In this document: positions 1 to 15,860 of the stretch, piece after piece
Position numbering within the stretch: the first letter of the stretch is position 1
Layout: each line of letters begins with the position of its first letter
Source of the DNA: Phyllobates terribilis
Lineage: Eukaryota
Assembly: GCF_046119375.1 (NCBI RefSeq)
Contig: NW_027362769.1
Location: 392,770,001 to 392,834,000 of the forward strand
Length of the DNA stretch: 64,000 nucleotides
Direction: 5' to 3'
Program-made: the position numbers and the translations under genes
The notes under the pieces: generated by a model
What the model was told of the DNA's origin: nothing
What the model saw: only the letters and a program-made list of their open reading frames with translations
Databases searched by the model: none

Positions 1-3000
1 AGTGACATCCACAGTGCTCCCATAATAACAGTGACATCCACAGTGCTCCCATAATAACAGTGATATCCACAGTGCCCCATAATAACAGTGACATCCACAG
101 TGCTCCCATAATAACAGTGACATCCACAGTGCTCCCATAATAACAGTGATATCCACAGTGCTCCCATAATAACAGTGATATCCACAGTGCTCCCATAATA
201 ACAGTGATATCCACAGTGCTCCCATAATAACAGTGACATCCACAGTGCCCCCATAATAACAGTGATATCCACAGTGCCCCCATAACAGTGATATCCACAG
301 TGCCCCCATAATAACAGTGATATCCACAGTGCTCCCATAATAACAGTGACATCCACAGTGCTCCCATAATAACAGTGACATCCACAGTGCCCCCATAATA
401 ACAGCGACATCCACAGTGCTCCCATAATAACAGTGACATCCACAGTGCCCCCATAATAACAGTGATATCCACAGTGCCCCCATAATAACAGTGATATCCA
501 CAGTGCCCCCATAATAACAGTGATATCCACAGTGCTCCCATAATAACAGTGACATCCACAGTGCCCCCATAATAACAGTGATATCCACAGTGCTCCCATA
601 ATAACAGTGATATCCACAGTGCTCCCATAATAACAGTGACATCCACAGTGCTCCCATAATAACAGTGATATCCACAGTGCTCCCATAATAACAGTGACAT
701 CCACAGTGCCCCCATAATAACAGCGACATCCACAGTGCTCCCATAATAACAGTGACATCCACAGTGCCCCCATAATAACAGTGATATCCACAGTGCTCCC
801 ATAATAACAGTGACATCCACAGTGCTCCCATAATAACAGTGACATCCACAGTGCCCCCATAATAACAGTGACATCCACAGTGCTCCATAATAACAGTGAC
901 ATCCACAGTGCCCCCATAATAACAGTGACATCCACAGTGCCCCCATAATAACAGTGACATCCACAGTGCCCCATAATAACAGCGACATCCACAGTGCCTC
1001 CATAATAACAGCGACATCCACAGTGCCCCCATAATAACAGTGACATCCACAGTGCCCCCATAATAACAGCGATATCCACAGTGCCCCCATAATAACAGCG
1101 ATATCCACAGTGCTCCCATAATAACAGCGACATCCACAGTGCCCCCATAATAACAGTGACATCCACAGTGCCCCCATAATAACAGTGACATCCACAGTGC
1201 CCCCATAATAACAGCGATATCCACAGTGCCCCCATAATAACAGCGATATCCACAGTGCTCCCATAATAACAGCGACATCCACAGTGCCCCCATAATAACA
1301 GTGACATCCACAGTGCCCCCATAATAACAGTGACATCCACAGTGCCCCCATAATAACAGTGATATCCACAGTGCCCCCATAATAACAGTGATATCCACAG
1401 TGCTCCTATAATAACAGTGATATCCACAGTGCTCCCATAATAACAGTGACATCCACAGTGCTCCCATAATAACAGTGACATCCACAGTGCTCCCATAATA
1501 ACAGCGATATCCACAGTGCTCCCATAATAACAGTGACATCCACAGTGCTCCCATAATAACAGCGATATCCACAGTGCTCCCATAATAACAGTGACATCCA
1601 CAGTGCTCCCATAATAACAGCGATATCCACAGTGCCCCCATAATAACAGTGATATCCACAGTGCCCCCATAATAACAGTGACATCCACAGTGCTCCCATA
1701 ATAACAGCGATATCCACAGTGCTCCCATAATAACAGCGATATCCACAGTGCCCCCATAATAACAGTGATATCCACAGTGCTCCTATAATAACAGTGATAT
1801 CCACAGTGCTCCCATAATAACAGTGACATCCACAGTGCTCCCATAATAACAGTGACATCCACAGTGCTCCCATAATAACAGCGATATCCACAGTGCTCCC
1901 ATAATAACAGTGACATCCACAGTGCTCCCATAATAACAGTGACATCCACAGTGCTCCCATAATAACAGTGACATCCACAGTGCTCCCATAATAACAGTGA
2001 CATCCACAGTGCTCCCATAATAACAGTGATATCCACAGTGCTCCCATAATAACAGTGATATCCACAGTGCTCCCATAATAACAGTGACATCCACAGTGCC
2101 CCCATAATAACAGTGATATCCACAGTGCCCCCATAATAACAGTGATATCCACAGTGCTCCCATAATAACAGTGATATCCACAGTGCTCCCATAATAACAG
2201 TGATATCCACAGTGCTCCCATAATAACAGTGATATCCACAGTGCCCCCATAATAACAGTGATATCCACAGTGCTCCCATAATAACAGTGACATCCACAGT
2301 GCTCCCATAATAACAGTGACATCCACAGTGCTCCCATAATAACAGTGATATCCACAGTGCTCCCATAATAACAGTGACATCCACAGTGCTCCCATAATAA
2401 CAGTGATATCCACAGTGCCCCCATAATAACAGTGATATCCACAGTGCTCCCATAATAACAGTGATATCCACAGTGCTCCCATAATAACAGTGATATCCAC
2501 AGTGCTCCCATAATAACAGTGATATCCACAGTGCCCCCATAATAACAGCGACATCCACAGTGCTCCCATAATAACAGTGATATCCACAGTGCCCCCATAA
2601 TAACAGTGATATCCACAGTGCCCCCATAATAACAGTGATATCCACAGTGCCCCCATAATAACAGCGACATCCACAGTGCTCCCATAATAACAGTGACATC
2701 CACAGTGCCCCCATAATAACAGTGATATCCACAGTGCCCCCATAATAACAGTGATATCCACAGTGCTCCCATAATAACAGTGATATCCACAGTGCTCCCA
2801 TAATAACAGTGATATCCACAGTGCCCCCATAATAACAGTGATATCCACAGTGCTCCCATAATAACAGTGATATCCACAGTGCCCCCATAATAACAGCGAC
2901 ATCCACAGTGCCCCCATAATAACAGCGACATCCACAGTGCCCCCATAATAACAGCGACATCCACAGTGCCCCCATAATAACAGCGACATCCACAGTGCCC

Positions 3001-6000
3001 CCATAATAACAGCGACATCCACAGTGCTCCCATAATAACAGCGACATCCACAGTGCCCCCATAATAACAGCGACATCCACAGTGCCCCCATAATAACAGA
3101 GATATCCACAGTGCCCCCATAATAACAGCGATATCCACAGTGCTCCCATAATAACAGCGATATCCACAGTGCCCCCATAATAACAGCGATATCCACAGTG
3201 CTCCCATAATAACAGCGATATCCACAGTGCCCCCATAATAACAGTGATATCCACAGTGCCCCCATAATAACAGTGACATCCACAGTGCTCCCATAATAAC
3301 AGTGACATCCACAGTGCTCCCATAATAACAGCGACATCCACAGTGCTCCCATAATAACAGCGATATCCACAGTGCCCCCATAATAACAGTGATATCCACA
3401 GTGCCCCCATAATAAGTGATATCCACAGTGCTCCCATAACAGTGACATCCACAGTGCCCCCATAATAACAGTGACATCCACAGTGCTCCCATAATAACAG
3501 TGACATCCACAGTGCTCCCATAACAGTGACATCCACAGTGCCCCCATAATAACAGTGATATCCACAGTGCCCCCATAATAAGTGATATCCACAGTGCTCC
3601 CATAACAGTGACATCCACAGTGCCCCATAATAACAGTGACATCCACAGTGCCCCATAATAACAGTGACATCCACAGTGCCCCCATAATAACAGTGATATC
3701 CACAGTGCTCCCATAATAACAGTGATATCCACAGTGCTCCCATAATAACAGTGATATCCACAGTGCTCCCATAATAACAGTGACATCCACAGTGCTCCCA
3801 TAATAACAGTGACATCCACAGTGCTCCCATAATAACAGTGACATCCACAGTGCTCCCATAATAACAGTGACATCCACAGTGCTCCCATAATAACAGTAAC
3901 ATCCACAGTGCCCCCATAATAACAGCGACATCCACAGTGCTCCCATAACAGTGACATCCACAGTGCTCCCATAATAACAGTGATATCCACAGTGCTCCCA
4001 TAATAACAGCGACATCCACAGTGCTCCCATAATAACAGTGACATCCACAGTGCTCCCATAATAACAGTGACATCCACAGTGCCCCCATAATAACAGTGAT
4101 ATCCACAGTGCTCCCATAATAACAGTGACATCCACAGTGCTCCCATAATAACAGTGACATCCACAGTGCTCCCATAATAACAGTGACATCCACAGTGCTC
4201 CCATAATAACAGTGACATCCACAGTGCTCCCATAATAACAGAGATATCCACAGTGCCCCCATAATAACAGTGACATCCACAGTGCTCCCATAATAACAGT
4301 GACATCCACAGTGCTCCCATAATAACAATGATATCCACAGTGCTCCCATAATAACAGCGACATCCACAGTGCTCCCATAATAACAGTGACATCCACAGTG
4401 CTCCCATAATAACAGCGATATCCACAGTGCCCCCATAATAACAGCGACATCCACAGTGCTCCCATAATAACAGCGATATCCACAGTGCCCCCATAATAAC
4501 AGCGACATCCACAGTGCTCCCATAATAACAGCGATATCCACAGTGCCCCCATAATAACAGCGACATCCACAGTGCTCCCATAATAACAGCGACATCCACA
4601 GTGCTCCCATAATAACAGCGACATCCACAGTGCTCCCATAATAACAGTGACATCCACAGTGCTCCCATAATAACAGTGACATCCACAGTGCCCCCATAAT
4701 AACAGTGATATCCACAGTGCTCCCATAATAACGGTGACATCCACAGTGCTCCCATAATAACGGTGATATCCACAGTGCTCCCATAATAACGGTGATATCC
4801 ACAGTGCTCCATAATAACGGTGACATCCACAGTGCTCCCATAATAACAGTGACATCCACAGTGCTCCCATAATAACAGTGACATCCACAGTGCTCCCATA
4901 ATAACAGTGATATCCACAGTGCTCCATAATAACAGTGACATCCACAGTGCCCCCATAATAACAGTGACATCCACAGTGCCCCCATAATAACAGTGATATC
5001 CACAGTGCCCCCATAATAACAGTGACATCCACAGTGCTCCCATAATAACAGTGATATCCACAGTGCTCCCATAATAACAGTGACATCCACAGTGCTCCCA
5101 TAATAACAGTGACATCCACAGTGCTCCCATAATAACAGTGACATCCACAGTGCCCCCATAATAACAGTGATATCCACAGTGCCCCCATAATAACAGTGAC
5201 ATCCACAGTGCTCCCATAATAACAGTGACATCCACAGTGCTCCCATAATAACAGTGATATCCACAGTGCTCCCATAATAACAGTGACATCCACAGTGCTC
5301 CCATAATAACAGTGATATCCACAGTGCTCCCATAATAACAGTGATATCCACAGTGCTCCCATAATAACAGTGATATCCACAGTGCCCCCATAATAACAGT
5401 GACATCCACAGTGCTCCCATAATAACAGTGACATCCACAGTGCCCCCATAATAACAGTGATATCCACAGTGCCCCCATAATAACAGTGACATCCACAGTG
5501 CTCCCATAATAACAGTGATATCCACAGTGCTCCCATAATAACAGTGATATCCACAGTGCTCCCATAATAACAGTGACATCCACAGTGCTCCCATAATAAC
5601 AGTGATATCCACAGTGCCCCCATAATAACAGCGATATCCACAGTGCTCCCATAATAACAGTGATATCCACAGTGCTCCCATAATAACAGCGACATCCACA
5701 GTGCTCCCATAATAACAGTGATATCCACAGTGCCCCCATAATAACAGTGATATCCACAGTGCCCCCATAATAACAGTGATATCCACAGTGCTCCCATAAT
5801 AACAGTGACATCCACAGTGCCCCCATAATAACAGTGATATCCACAGTGCTCCCATAATAACAGTGATATCCACAGTGCTCCCATAATAACAGTGATATCC
5901 ACAGTGCTCCCATAATAACAGTGACATCCACAGTGCCCCCATAATAACAGTGACATCCACAGTGCCCCCATAATAACAGCGACATCCAGTGCTCCCATAA

Positions 6001-9000
6001 TAACAGTGACATCCACAGTGCCCCCATAATAACAGTGATATCCACAGTGCTCCCATAATAACAGCGATATCCACAGTGCTCCATAATAACAGTGATATCC
6101 ACAGTGCTCCCATAATAACAGTGACATCCACAGTGCTCCCATAATAACAGTGATATCCACAGTGCTCCCATAATAACAGTGACATCCACAGTGCTCCCAT
6201 AATAACAGTGATATCCACAGTGCTCCCATAATAACAGTGATATCCACAGTGCTCCCATAATAACAGTGATATCCACAGTGCTCCCATAATAACAGTGACA
6301 TCCACAGTGCTCCCATAATAACAGTGATATCCACAGTGCTCCCATAATAACAGTGATATCCACAGTGCTCCCATAATAACAGTGACATCCACAGTGCTCC
6401 CATAATAACAGTGATATCCACAGTGCTCCCATAATAACAGTGATATCCACAGTGCTCCCATAATAACAGTGACATCCACAGTGCTCCCATAATAACAGTG
6501 ATATCCACAGTGCTCCCATAATAACAGTGATATCCACAGTGCTCCCATAATAACAGTGACATCCACAGTGCCCCCATAATAACAGTGATATCCACAGTGC
6601 TCCCATAATAACAGTGATATCCACAGTGCTCCCATAATAACAGTGACATCCACAGTGCCCCCATAATAACAGTGATATCCACAGTGCTCCCATAATAACA
6701 GTGACATCCACAGTGCCCCCATAATAACAGTGATATCCACAGTGCCCCCATAACAGTGATATCCACAGTGCTCCCATAATAACAGCGACATCCACAGTGC
6801 TCCCATAATAACAGCGACATCCACAGTGCTCCCATAATAACAGTGATATCCACAGTGCCCCCATAATAACAGCGATATCCACAGTGCTCCCATAATAACA
6901 GTGATATCCACAGTGCTCCCATAATAACAGCGACATCCACAGTGCTCCCATAATAACAGTGACATCCACAGTGCCCCCATAATAACAGTGATATCCACAG
7001 TGCTCCCATAATAACAGCGACATCCACAGTGCTCCCATAATAACAGTGACATCCACAGTGCCCCCATAATAACAGTGATATCCACAGTGCCCCCATAACA
7101 GTGATATCCACAGTGCTCCCATAATAACAGTGACATCCACAGTGCTCCCATAATAACAGTGACATCCACAGTGCTCCCATAATAACAGTGACATCCACAG
7201 TGTCCCCATAATAACAGTGATATCCACAGTGCCCCCATAATAACAGTGACATCCACAGTGCTCCCATAATAACAGTGACATCCACAGTGCTCCCATAATA
7301 ACAGTGACATCCACAGTGCTCCCATAATAACAGTGACATCCACAGTGTCCCCATAATAACAGTGACATCCACAGTGTCCCCATAATAACAGTGACATCCA
7401 CAGTGCCCCCATAATAACAGTGATATCCACAGTGCCCCCATAATAACAGTGACATCCACAGTGCTCCCATAATAACAGTGACATCCACAGTGCTCCCATA
7501 ATAACAGTGATATCCACAGTGCTCCCATAATAACAGTGACATCCACAGTGCTCCCATAATAACAGTGATATCCACAGTGCTCCCATAATAACAGTGATAT
7601 CCACAGTGCTCCCATAATAACAGTGATATCCACAGTGCCCCCATAATAACAGTGACATCCACAGTGCTCCCATAATAACAGTGACATCCACAGTGCCCCC
7701 ATAATAACAGTGATATCCACAGTGCCCCCATAATAACAGTGACATCCACAGTGCTCCCATAATAACAGTGACATCCACAGTGCTCCCATAATAACAGTGA
7801 TATCCACAGTGCTCCCATAATAACAGTGACATCCACAGTGCTCCCATAATAACAGTGACATCCACAGTGCTCCCATAATAACAGTGACATCCACAGTGCT
7901 CCCATAATAACAGTGATATCCACAGTGCCCCCATAATAACAGCGATATCCACAGTGCCCCCATAATAACAGTGATATCCACAGTGCTCCCATAATAACAG
8001 TGACATCCACAGTGCCCCCATAATAACAGTGATATCCACAGTGCTCCCATAATAACAGTGATATCCACAGTGCTCCCATAATAACAGTGACATCCACAGT
8101 GCCCCCATAATAACAGCGACATCCACAGTGCCCCCATAATAACAGCGACATCCACAGTGCTCCCATAATAACAGTGACATCCACAGTGCCCCCATAATAA
8201 CAGTGATATCCACAGTGCTCCCATAATAACAGCGATATCCACAGTGCTCCCATAATAACAGTGATATCCACAGTGCTCCCATAATAACAGTGACATCCAC
8301 AGTGCCCCCATAATAACAGTGATATCCACAGTGCTCCCATAATAACAGTGACATCCACAGTGCTCCCATAATAACAGTGATATCCACAGTGCTCCCATAA
8401 TAACAGTGACATCCACAGTGCTCCCATAATAACAGTGACATCCACAGTGCTCCCATAATAACAGTGATATCCACAGTGCTCCCATAATAACAGTGACATC
8501 CACAGTGCTCCCATAATAACAGTGATATCCACAGTGCTCCCATAATAACAGTGATATCCACAGTGCTCCCATAATAACAGTGACATCCACAGTGCTCCCA
8601 TAATAACAGTGATATCCACAGTGCTCCCATAATAACAGTGATATCCACAGTGCTCCCATAATAACAGTGACATCCACAGTGCCCCCATAATAACAGTGAT
8701 ATCCACAGTGCTCCCATAATAACAGTGATATCCACAGTGCTCCCATAATAACAGTGACATCCACAGTGCCCCCATAATAACAGTGATATCCACAGTGCTC
8801 CCATAATAACAGTGACATCCACAGTGCCCCCATAATAACAGTGATATCCACAGTGCCCCCATAACAGTGATATCCACAGTGCTCCCATAATAACAGCGAC
8901 ATCCACAGTGCTCCCATAATAACAGCGACATCCACAGTGCTCCCATAATAACAGTGATATCCACAGTGCCCCCATAATAACAGCGATATCCACAGTGCTC

Positions 9001-12000
9001 CCATAATAACAGTGATATCCACAGTGCTCCCATAATAACAGCGACATCCACAGTGCTCCCATAATAACAGTGACATCCACAGTGCCCCCATAATAACAGT
9101 GATATCCACAGTGCTCCCATAATAACAGCGACATCCACAGTGCTCCCATAATAACAGTGACATCCACAGTGCCCCCATAATAACAGTGATATCCACAGTG
9201 CCCCCATAACAGTGATATCCACAGTGCTCCCATAATAACAGTGACATCCACAGTGCTCCCATAATAACAGTGACATCCACAGTGCTCCCATAATAACAGT
9301 GACATCCACAGTGTCCCCATAATAACAGTGATATCCACAGTGCCCCCATAATAACAGTGACATCCACAGTGCTCCCATAATAACAGTGACATCCACAGTG
9401 CTCCCATAATAACAGTGACATCCACAGTGCTCCCATAATAACAGTGACATCCACAGTGTCCCCATAATAACAGTGACATCCACAGTGTCCCCATAATAAC
9501 AGTGACATCCACAGTGCTCCCATAATAACAGTGATATCCACAGTGCTCCCATAATAACAGCGACATCCACAGTGCTCCCATAATAACAGCGACATCCACA
9601 GTGCTCCCATAATAACAGTGACATCCACAGTGCTCCCATAATAACAGTGATATCCACAGTGCTCCCATAATAACAGTGATATCCACAGTGCTCCCATAAT
9701 AACAGTGACATCCACAGTGCTCCCATAATAACAGTGATATCCACAGTGCCCCCATAATAACAGTGATATCCACAGTGCTCCCATAATAACAGTGATATCC
9801 ACAGTGCTCCCATAATAACAGTGACATCCACAGTGCCCCCATAATAACAGCGACATCCACAGTGCTCCCATAATAACAGTGACATCCACAGTGCCCCCAT
9901 AATAACAGTGATATCCACAGTGCCCCCATAACAGTGATATCCACAGTGCTCCCATAATAACAGTGACATCCACAGTGCTCCCATAATAACAGTGACATCC
10001 ACAGTGCTCCCATAATAACAGTGACATCCACAGTGCCCCCATAATAACAGTGATATCCACAGTGCCCCCATAACAGTGATATCCACAGTGCCCCCATAAC
10101 AGTGATATCCACAGTGCCCCCATAATAACAGTGATATCCACAGTGCTCCCATAATAACAGTGACATCCACAGTGCCCCCATAATAACAGCGACATCCACA
10201 GTGCTCCCATAATAACAGTGACATCCACAGTGCCCCCATAATAACAGTGATATCCACAGTGCCCCCATAATAACAGTGATATCCACAGTGCCCCCATAAT
10301 AACAGTGATATCCACAGTGCCCCCATAATAACAGTGATATCCACAGTGCCCCCATAATAACAGTGATATCCACAGTGCTCCCATAATAACAGTGACATCC
10401 ACAGTGCCCCCATAATAACAGTGATATCCACAGTGCTCCCATAATAACAGTGACATCCACAGTGCTCCCATAATAACAGTGACATCCACAGTGCCCCCAT
10501 AATAACAGCGACATCCACAGTGCTCCCATAATAACAGTGACATCCACAGTGCCCCCATAATAACAGCGACATCCACAGTGCTCCCATAATAACAGTGACA
10601 TCCACAGTGCTCCCATAATAACAGCGACATCCACAGTGCTCCCATAATAACAGTGACATCCACAGTGCCCCCATAATAACAGTGACATCCACAGTGCCCC
10701 CATAATAACAGTGATATCCACAGTGCCCCCATAATAACAGTGACATCCACAGTGCCCCCATAATAACAGTGATATCCACAGTGCCCCCATAATAACAGTG
10801 ATATCCACAGTGCCCCCATAATAACAGTGATATCCACAGTGCTCCCATAATAACAGTGACATCCACAGTGCCCCCATAATAACAGTGATATCCACAGTGC
10901 TCCCATAATAACAGTGACATCCACAGTGCCCCCATAATAACAGCGACATCCACAGTGCTCCCATAATAACAGTGATATCCACAGTGCCCCCATAATAACA
11001 GTGACATCCACAGTGCTCCCATAATAACAGTGACATCCACAGTGCTCCCATAATAACAGTGACATCCACAGTGCCCCCATAATAACAGCGACATCCACAG
11101 TGCTCCCATAATAACAGTGACATCCACAGTGCCCCCATAATAACAGCGACATCCACAGTGCCCCCATAATAACAGTGACATCCACAGTGCTCCCATAATA
11201 ACAGTGATATCCACAGTGCTCCCATAATAACAGTGACATCCACAGTGCCCCCATAACAGTGACATCCACAGTGCCCCCATAATAACAGTGACATCCACAG
11301 TGCTCCCATAATAACAGTGATATCCACAGTGCTCCCATAATAACAGTGATATCCACAGTGCTCCCATAATAACAGTGATATCCACAGTGCTCCCATAATA
11401 ACAGTGATATCCACAGTGCTCCCATAATAACAGTGACATCCACAGTGCCCCCATAATAACAGTGACATCCACAGTGCCCCCATAATAACAGCGACATCCA
11501 CAGTGCTCCCATAATAACAGTGACATCCACAGTGCCCCCATAATAACAGTGATATCCACAGTGCCCCCATAACAGTGATATCCACAGTGCTCCCATAATA
11601 ACAGTGACATCCACAGTGCTCCCATAATAACAGTGACATCCACAGTGCCCCCATAATAACAGTGATATCCACAGTGCCCCCATAACAGTGATATCCACAG
11701 TGCCCCCATAATAACAGTGATATCCACAGTGCTCCCATAATAACAGTGACATCCACAGTGCTCCCATAATAACAGTGACATCCACAGTGCCCCCATAATA
11801 ACAGCGACATCCACAGTGCTCCCATAATAACAGTGACATCCACAGTGCCCCCATAATAACAGTGATATCCACAGTGCCCCCATAATAACAGTGATATCCA
11901 CAGTGCCCCCATAATAACAGTGATATCCACAGTGCTCCCATAATAACAGTGACATCCACAGTGCCCCCATAATAACAGTGATATCCACAGTGCTCCCATA

Positions 12001-15000
12001 ATAACAGTGATATCCACAGTGCTCCCATAATAACAGTGACATCCACAGTGCTCCCATAATAACAGTGATATCCACAGTGCTCCCATAATAACAGTGACAT
12101 CCACAGTGCCCCCATAATAACAGCGACATCCACAGTGCTCCCATAATAACAGTGACATCCACAGTGCCCCCATAATAACAGTGATATCCACAGTGCTCCC
12201 ATAATAACAGTGACATCCACAGTGCTCCCATAATAACAGTGACATCCACAGTGCCCCCATAATAACAGTGACATCCACAGTGCTCCCATAATAACAGTGA
12301 CATCCACAGTGCCCCCATAATAACAGTGATATCCACAGTGCCCCCATAACAGTGATATCCACAGTGCCCCCATAATAACAGTGATATCCACAGTGCTCCC
12401 ATAATAACAGTGACATCCACAGTGCTCCCATAATAACAGTGACATCCACAGTGCCCCCATAATAACAGCGACATCCACAGTGCTCCCATAATAACAGTGA
12501 CATCCACAGTGCCCCCATAATAACAGTGATATCCACAGTGCCCCCATAATAACAGTGATATCCACAGTGCCCCCATAATAACAGTGATATCCACAGTGCT
12601 CCCATAATAACAGTGACATCCACAGTGCCCCCATAATAACAGTGATATCCACAGTGCTCCCATAATAACAGTGACATCCACAGTGCTCCCATAATAACAG
12701 TGACATCCACAGTGCTCCCATAATAACAGTGACATCCACAGTGCCCCCATAATAACAGTGATATCCACAGTGCTCCCATAATAACAGTGACATCCACAGT
12801 GCTCCCATAATAACAGTGACATCCACAGTGCTCCCATAACAGTGACATCCACAGTGCCCCCATAATAACAGCGACATCCACAGTGCTCCCATAATAACAG
12901 TGACATCCACAGTGCCCCCATAATAACAGTGATATCCACAGTGCCCCCATAACAGTGATATCCACAGTGCTCCCATAATAACAGTGACATCCACAGTGCT
13001 CCCATAATAACAGTGACATCCACAGTGCTCCCATAATAACAGTGACATCCACAGTGCCCCCATAATAACAGTGATATCCACAGTGCCCCCATAACAGTGA
13101 TATCCACAGTGCCCCCATAATAACAGTGATATCCACAGTGCTCCCATAATAACAGTGACATCCACAGTGCTCCCATAATAACAGTGACATCCACAGTGCC
13201 CCCATAATAACAGCGACATCCACAGTGCTCCCATAATAACAGTGACATCCACAGTGCCCCCATAATAACAGTGATATCCACAGTGCCCCCATAATAACAG
13301 TGATATCCACAGTGCCCCCATAATAACAGTGATATCCACAGTGCTCCCATAATAACAGTGACATCCACAGTGCCCCCATAATAACAGTGATATCCACAGT
13401 GCTCCCATAATAACAGTGACATCCACAGTGCTCCCATAATAACAGTGACATCCACAGTGCTCCCATAATAACAGTGACATCCACAGTGCTCCCATAATAA
13501 CAGTGACATCCACAGTGCTCCCATAACAGTGACATCCACAGTGCCCCCATAATAACAGCGACATCCACAGTGCTCCCATAATAACAGTGACATCCACAGT
13601 GCCCCCATAATAACAGTGATATCCACAGTGCTCCCATAATAACAGTGACATCCACAGTGCCCCCATAATAACAGTGATATCCACAGTGCTCCCATAATAA
13701 CAGTGACATCCACAGTGCTCCCATAATAACAGTGACATCCACAGTGCTCCCATAATAACAGTGACATCCACAGTGCTCCCATAATAACAGTGACATCCAC
13801 AGTGCTCCCATAATAACAGTGATATCCACAGTGCCCCCATAATAACAGCGACATCCACAGTGCTCCCATAATAAGTGACATCCACAGTGCCCCCATAATA
13901 ACAGTGACATCCACAGTGCTCCCATAATAACAGTGATATCCACAGTGCCCCCATAACAGTGATATCCACAGTGCTCCCATAATAACAGTGACATCCACAG
14001 TGCTCCCATAATAACAGTGACATCCACAGTGCTCCCATAATAACAGTGACATCCACAGTGCTCCCATAATAACAGTGACATCCACAGTGCTCCCATAATA
14101 ACAGTGACATCCACAGTGCCCCCATAATAACAGCGACATCCACAGTGCTCCCATAATAACAGTGACATCCACAGTGCCCCCATAATAACAGTGACATCCA
14201 CAGTGCTCCCATAATAACAGTGATATCCACAGTGCTCCCATAATAACAGTGATATCCACAGTGCTCCCATAATAACAGTGACATCCACAGTGCCCCCATA
14301 ATAACAGTGACATCCACAGTGCTCCCATAATAACAGCGACATCCACAGTGCTCCCATAATAACAGTGATATCCACAGTGCTCCCATAATAACAGCGACAT
14401 CCACAGTGCTCCCATAATAACAGTGACATCCACAGTGCTCCCATAATAACAGCGACATCCACAGTGCTCCCATAATAACAGTGACATCCACAGTGCTCCC
14501 ATAATAACAGTGACATCCACAGTGCCCCCATAATAACAGTGACATCCACAGTGCTCCCATAATAACAGTGATATCCACAGTGCCCCCATAATAACAGTGA
14601 TATCCACAGTGCTCCCATAATAACAGTGACATCCACAGTGCCCCCATAATAACAGTGATATCCACAGTGCTCCCATAATAACAGTGATATCCACAGTGCT
14701 CCCATAATAACAGTGACATCCACAGTGCTCCCATAATAACAGTGATATCCACAGTGCTCCCATAATAACAGTGATATCCACAGTGCTCCCATAATAACAG
14801 TGACATCCACAGTGCCCCCATAATAACAGTGATATCCACAGTGCTCCCATAATAACAGTGATATCCACAGTGCTCCCATAATAACAGTGATATCCACAGT
14901 GCTCCCATAATAACAGTGACATCCACAGTGCCCCCATAATAACAGTGATATCCACAGTGCTCCCATAATAACAGTGATATCCACAGTGCCCCATAATAAC

Positions 15001-15309
15001 AGCGATATCCACAGTGCTCCCATAATAACAGTGATATCCACAGTGCTCCCATAATAACAGCGACATCCACAGTGCTCCCATAATAACAGCGACATCCACA
15101 GTGCTCCCATAATAACAGTGACATCCACAGTGCTCCCATAATAACAGTGATATCCACAGTGCTCCCATAATAACAGTGATATCCACAGTGCCCCATAATA
15201 ACAGCGATATCCACAGTGCTCCCATAATAACAGTGATATCCACAGTGCTCCCATAATAACAGCGACATCCACAGTGCCCCCATAATAACAGTGACATCCA
15301 CAGTGCTCC
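1..15309. repeat. 29-bp satellite array (~525 copies, runs off the window start)
   Basis: Unit AGTGA(C/T)ATCCACAGTGC(T/C)CCCATAATAAC repeats with period 29 from position 1 to ~15309. Variants include 3-nt AAT deletions and GTGTCCCC units. The minus strand is essentially stop-free, giving the 4631-aa and 4575-aa ORFs with a 29-aa period. Confidence 0.98.
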
Positions 15310-15510
15310 AAATGCACCCACTGAGTTGTATCCATGAGTCTCGTTCGATACAGAGAAGACGAGACCGCCGGCTGTGATGATTTTCACATGGCCCCTCGGA
15401 TTATTGAGTAACATTGCTGCATGTCGGGTCCAGACCTTGGACCGAGGTGTGAACATGGCCTTATAGAGACCGCTCTTCCTCCAGGCGTCGTAGGAGACTG
15501 GAGGAATCAT
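15310..15510 (-). CDS. Possible first coding exon of an unidentified gene (MIPPVSYDAWRKSGLYKAMFTPRSKVWTRHAAMLLNNPRGHVKIITAGGLVFSVSNETHGYNS...)
   Basis: Non-repetitive, protein-like ~65-codon frame from the ATG at 15510; the frame stays open upstream to a TGA at 15622-15624. It lies just downstream of ZNF143-type motifs (15680-15740). A possible donor CA|GTGGGT sits near 15322. I do not recognise the protein family. Confidence 0.3.
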
Positions 15511-15679
15511 TTCACAGTGGCGCAGGATGAAGTGTTTGAGGAGGAATATGGCAGAAGAATGGAGGGGACGACGCTGACGTTCCGCACTCGTCTCTGAGGA
15601 TTCCGGACAGCGGGAGCATCGTCAGCGCACTGCCTGCAGACGGACGGATCTCTGGACACTCAGACTTTTCCCTTTGTTT

Positions 15680-15795
15680 CTGGGACTTGTGTAGTAATGG
15701 TCTGGTACCGGTGCTGCTCTAGAACTACAAGTCCCAGCACAGGACGGACGCTGCCCCCTGTCATGTGAGGAAGTATAATCCCACTACAGACTCCA
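15680..15795. promoter_or_regulatory. ZNF143/THAP11-type promoter motifs (left cluster)
   Basis: AACTACAAGTCCCAGCA at ~15723 and TGGGACTTGTGTAGT at ~15681 resemble the ACTACAnnTCCCA motif of vertebrate housekeeping and bidirectional promoters. Confidence 0.5.
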
Positions 15796-15860
15796 GAGAG
15801 ACATGTGCAGATCCATCCAGTATACCGAGGCCTGTGTATCTAAGTCACTGTATATCATCA

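Noticed and set aside
1406-15301. 4631-aa and 4575-aa Cys/His/Tyr-rich ORFs as real giant proteins
   Set aside because: They are translations of a 29-bp satellite whose minus strand lacks stops in all frames. Frame-shifting indels are tolerated, so there is no sign of coding selection.
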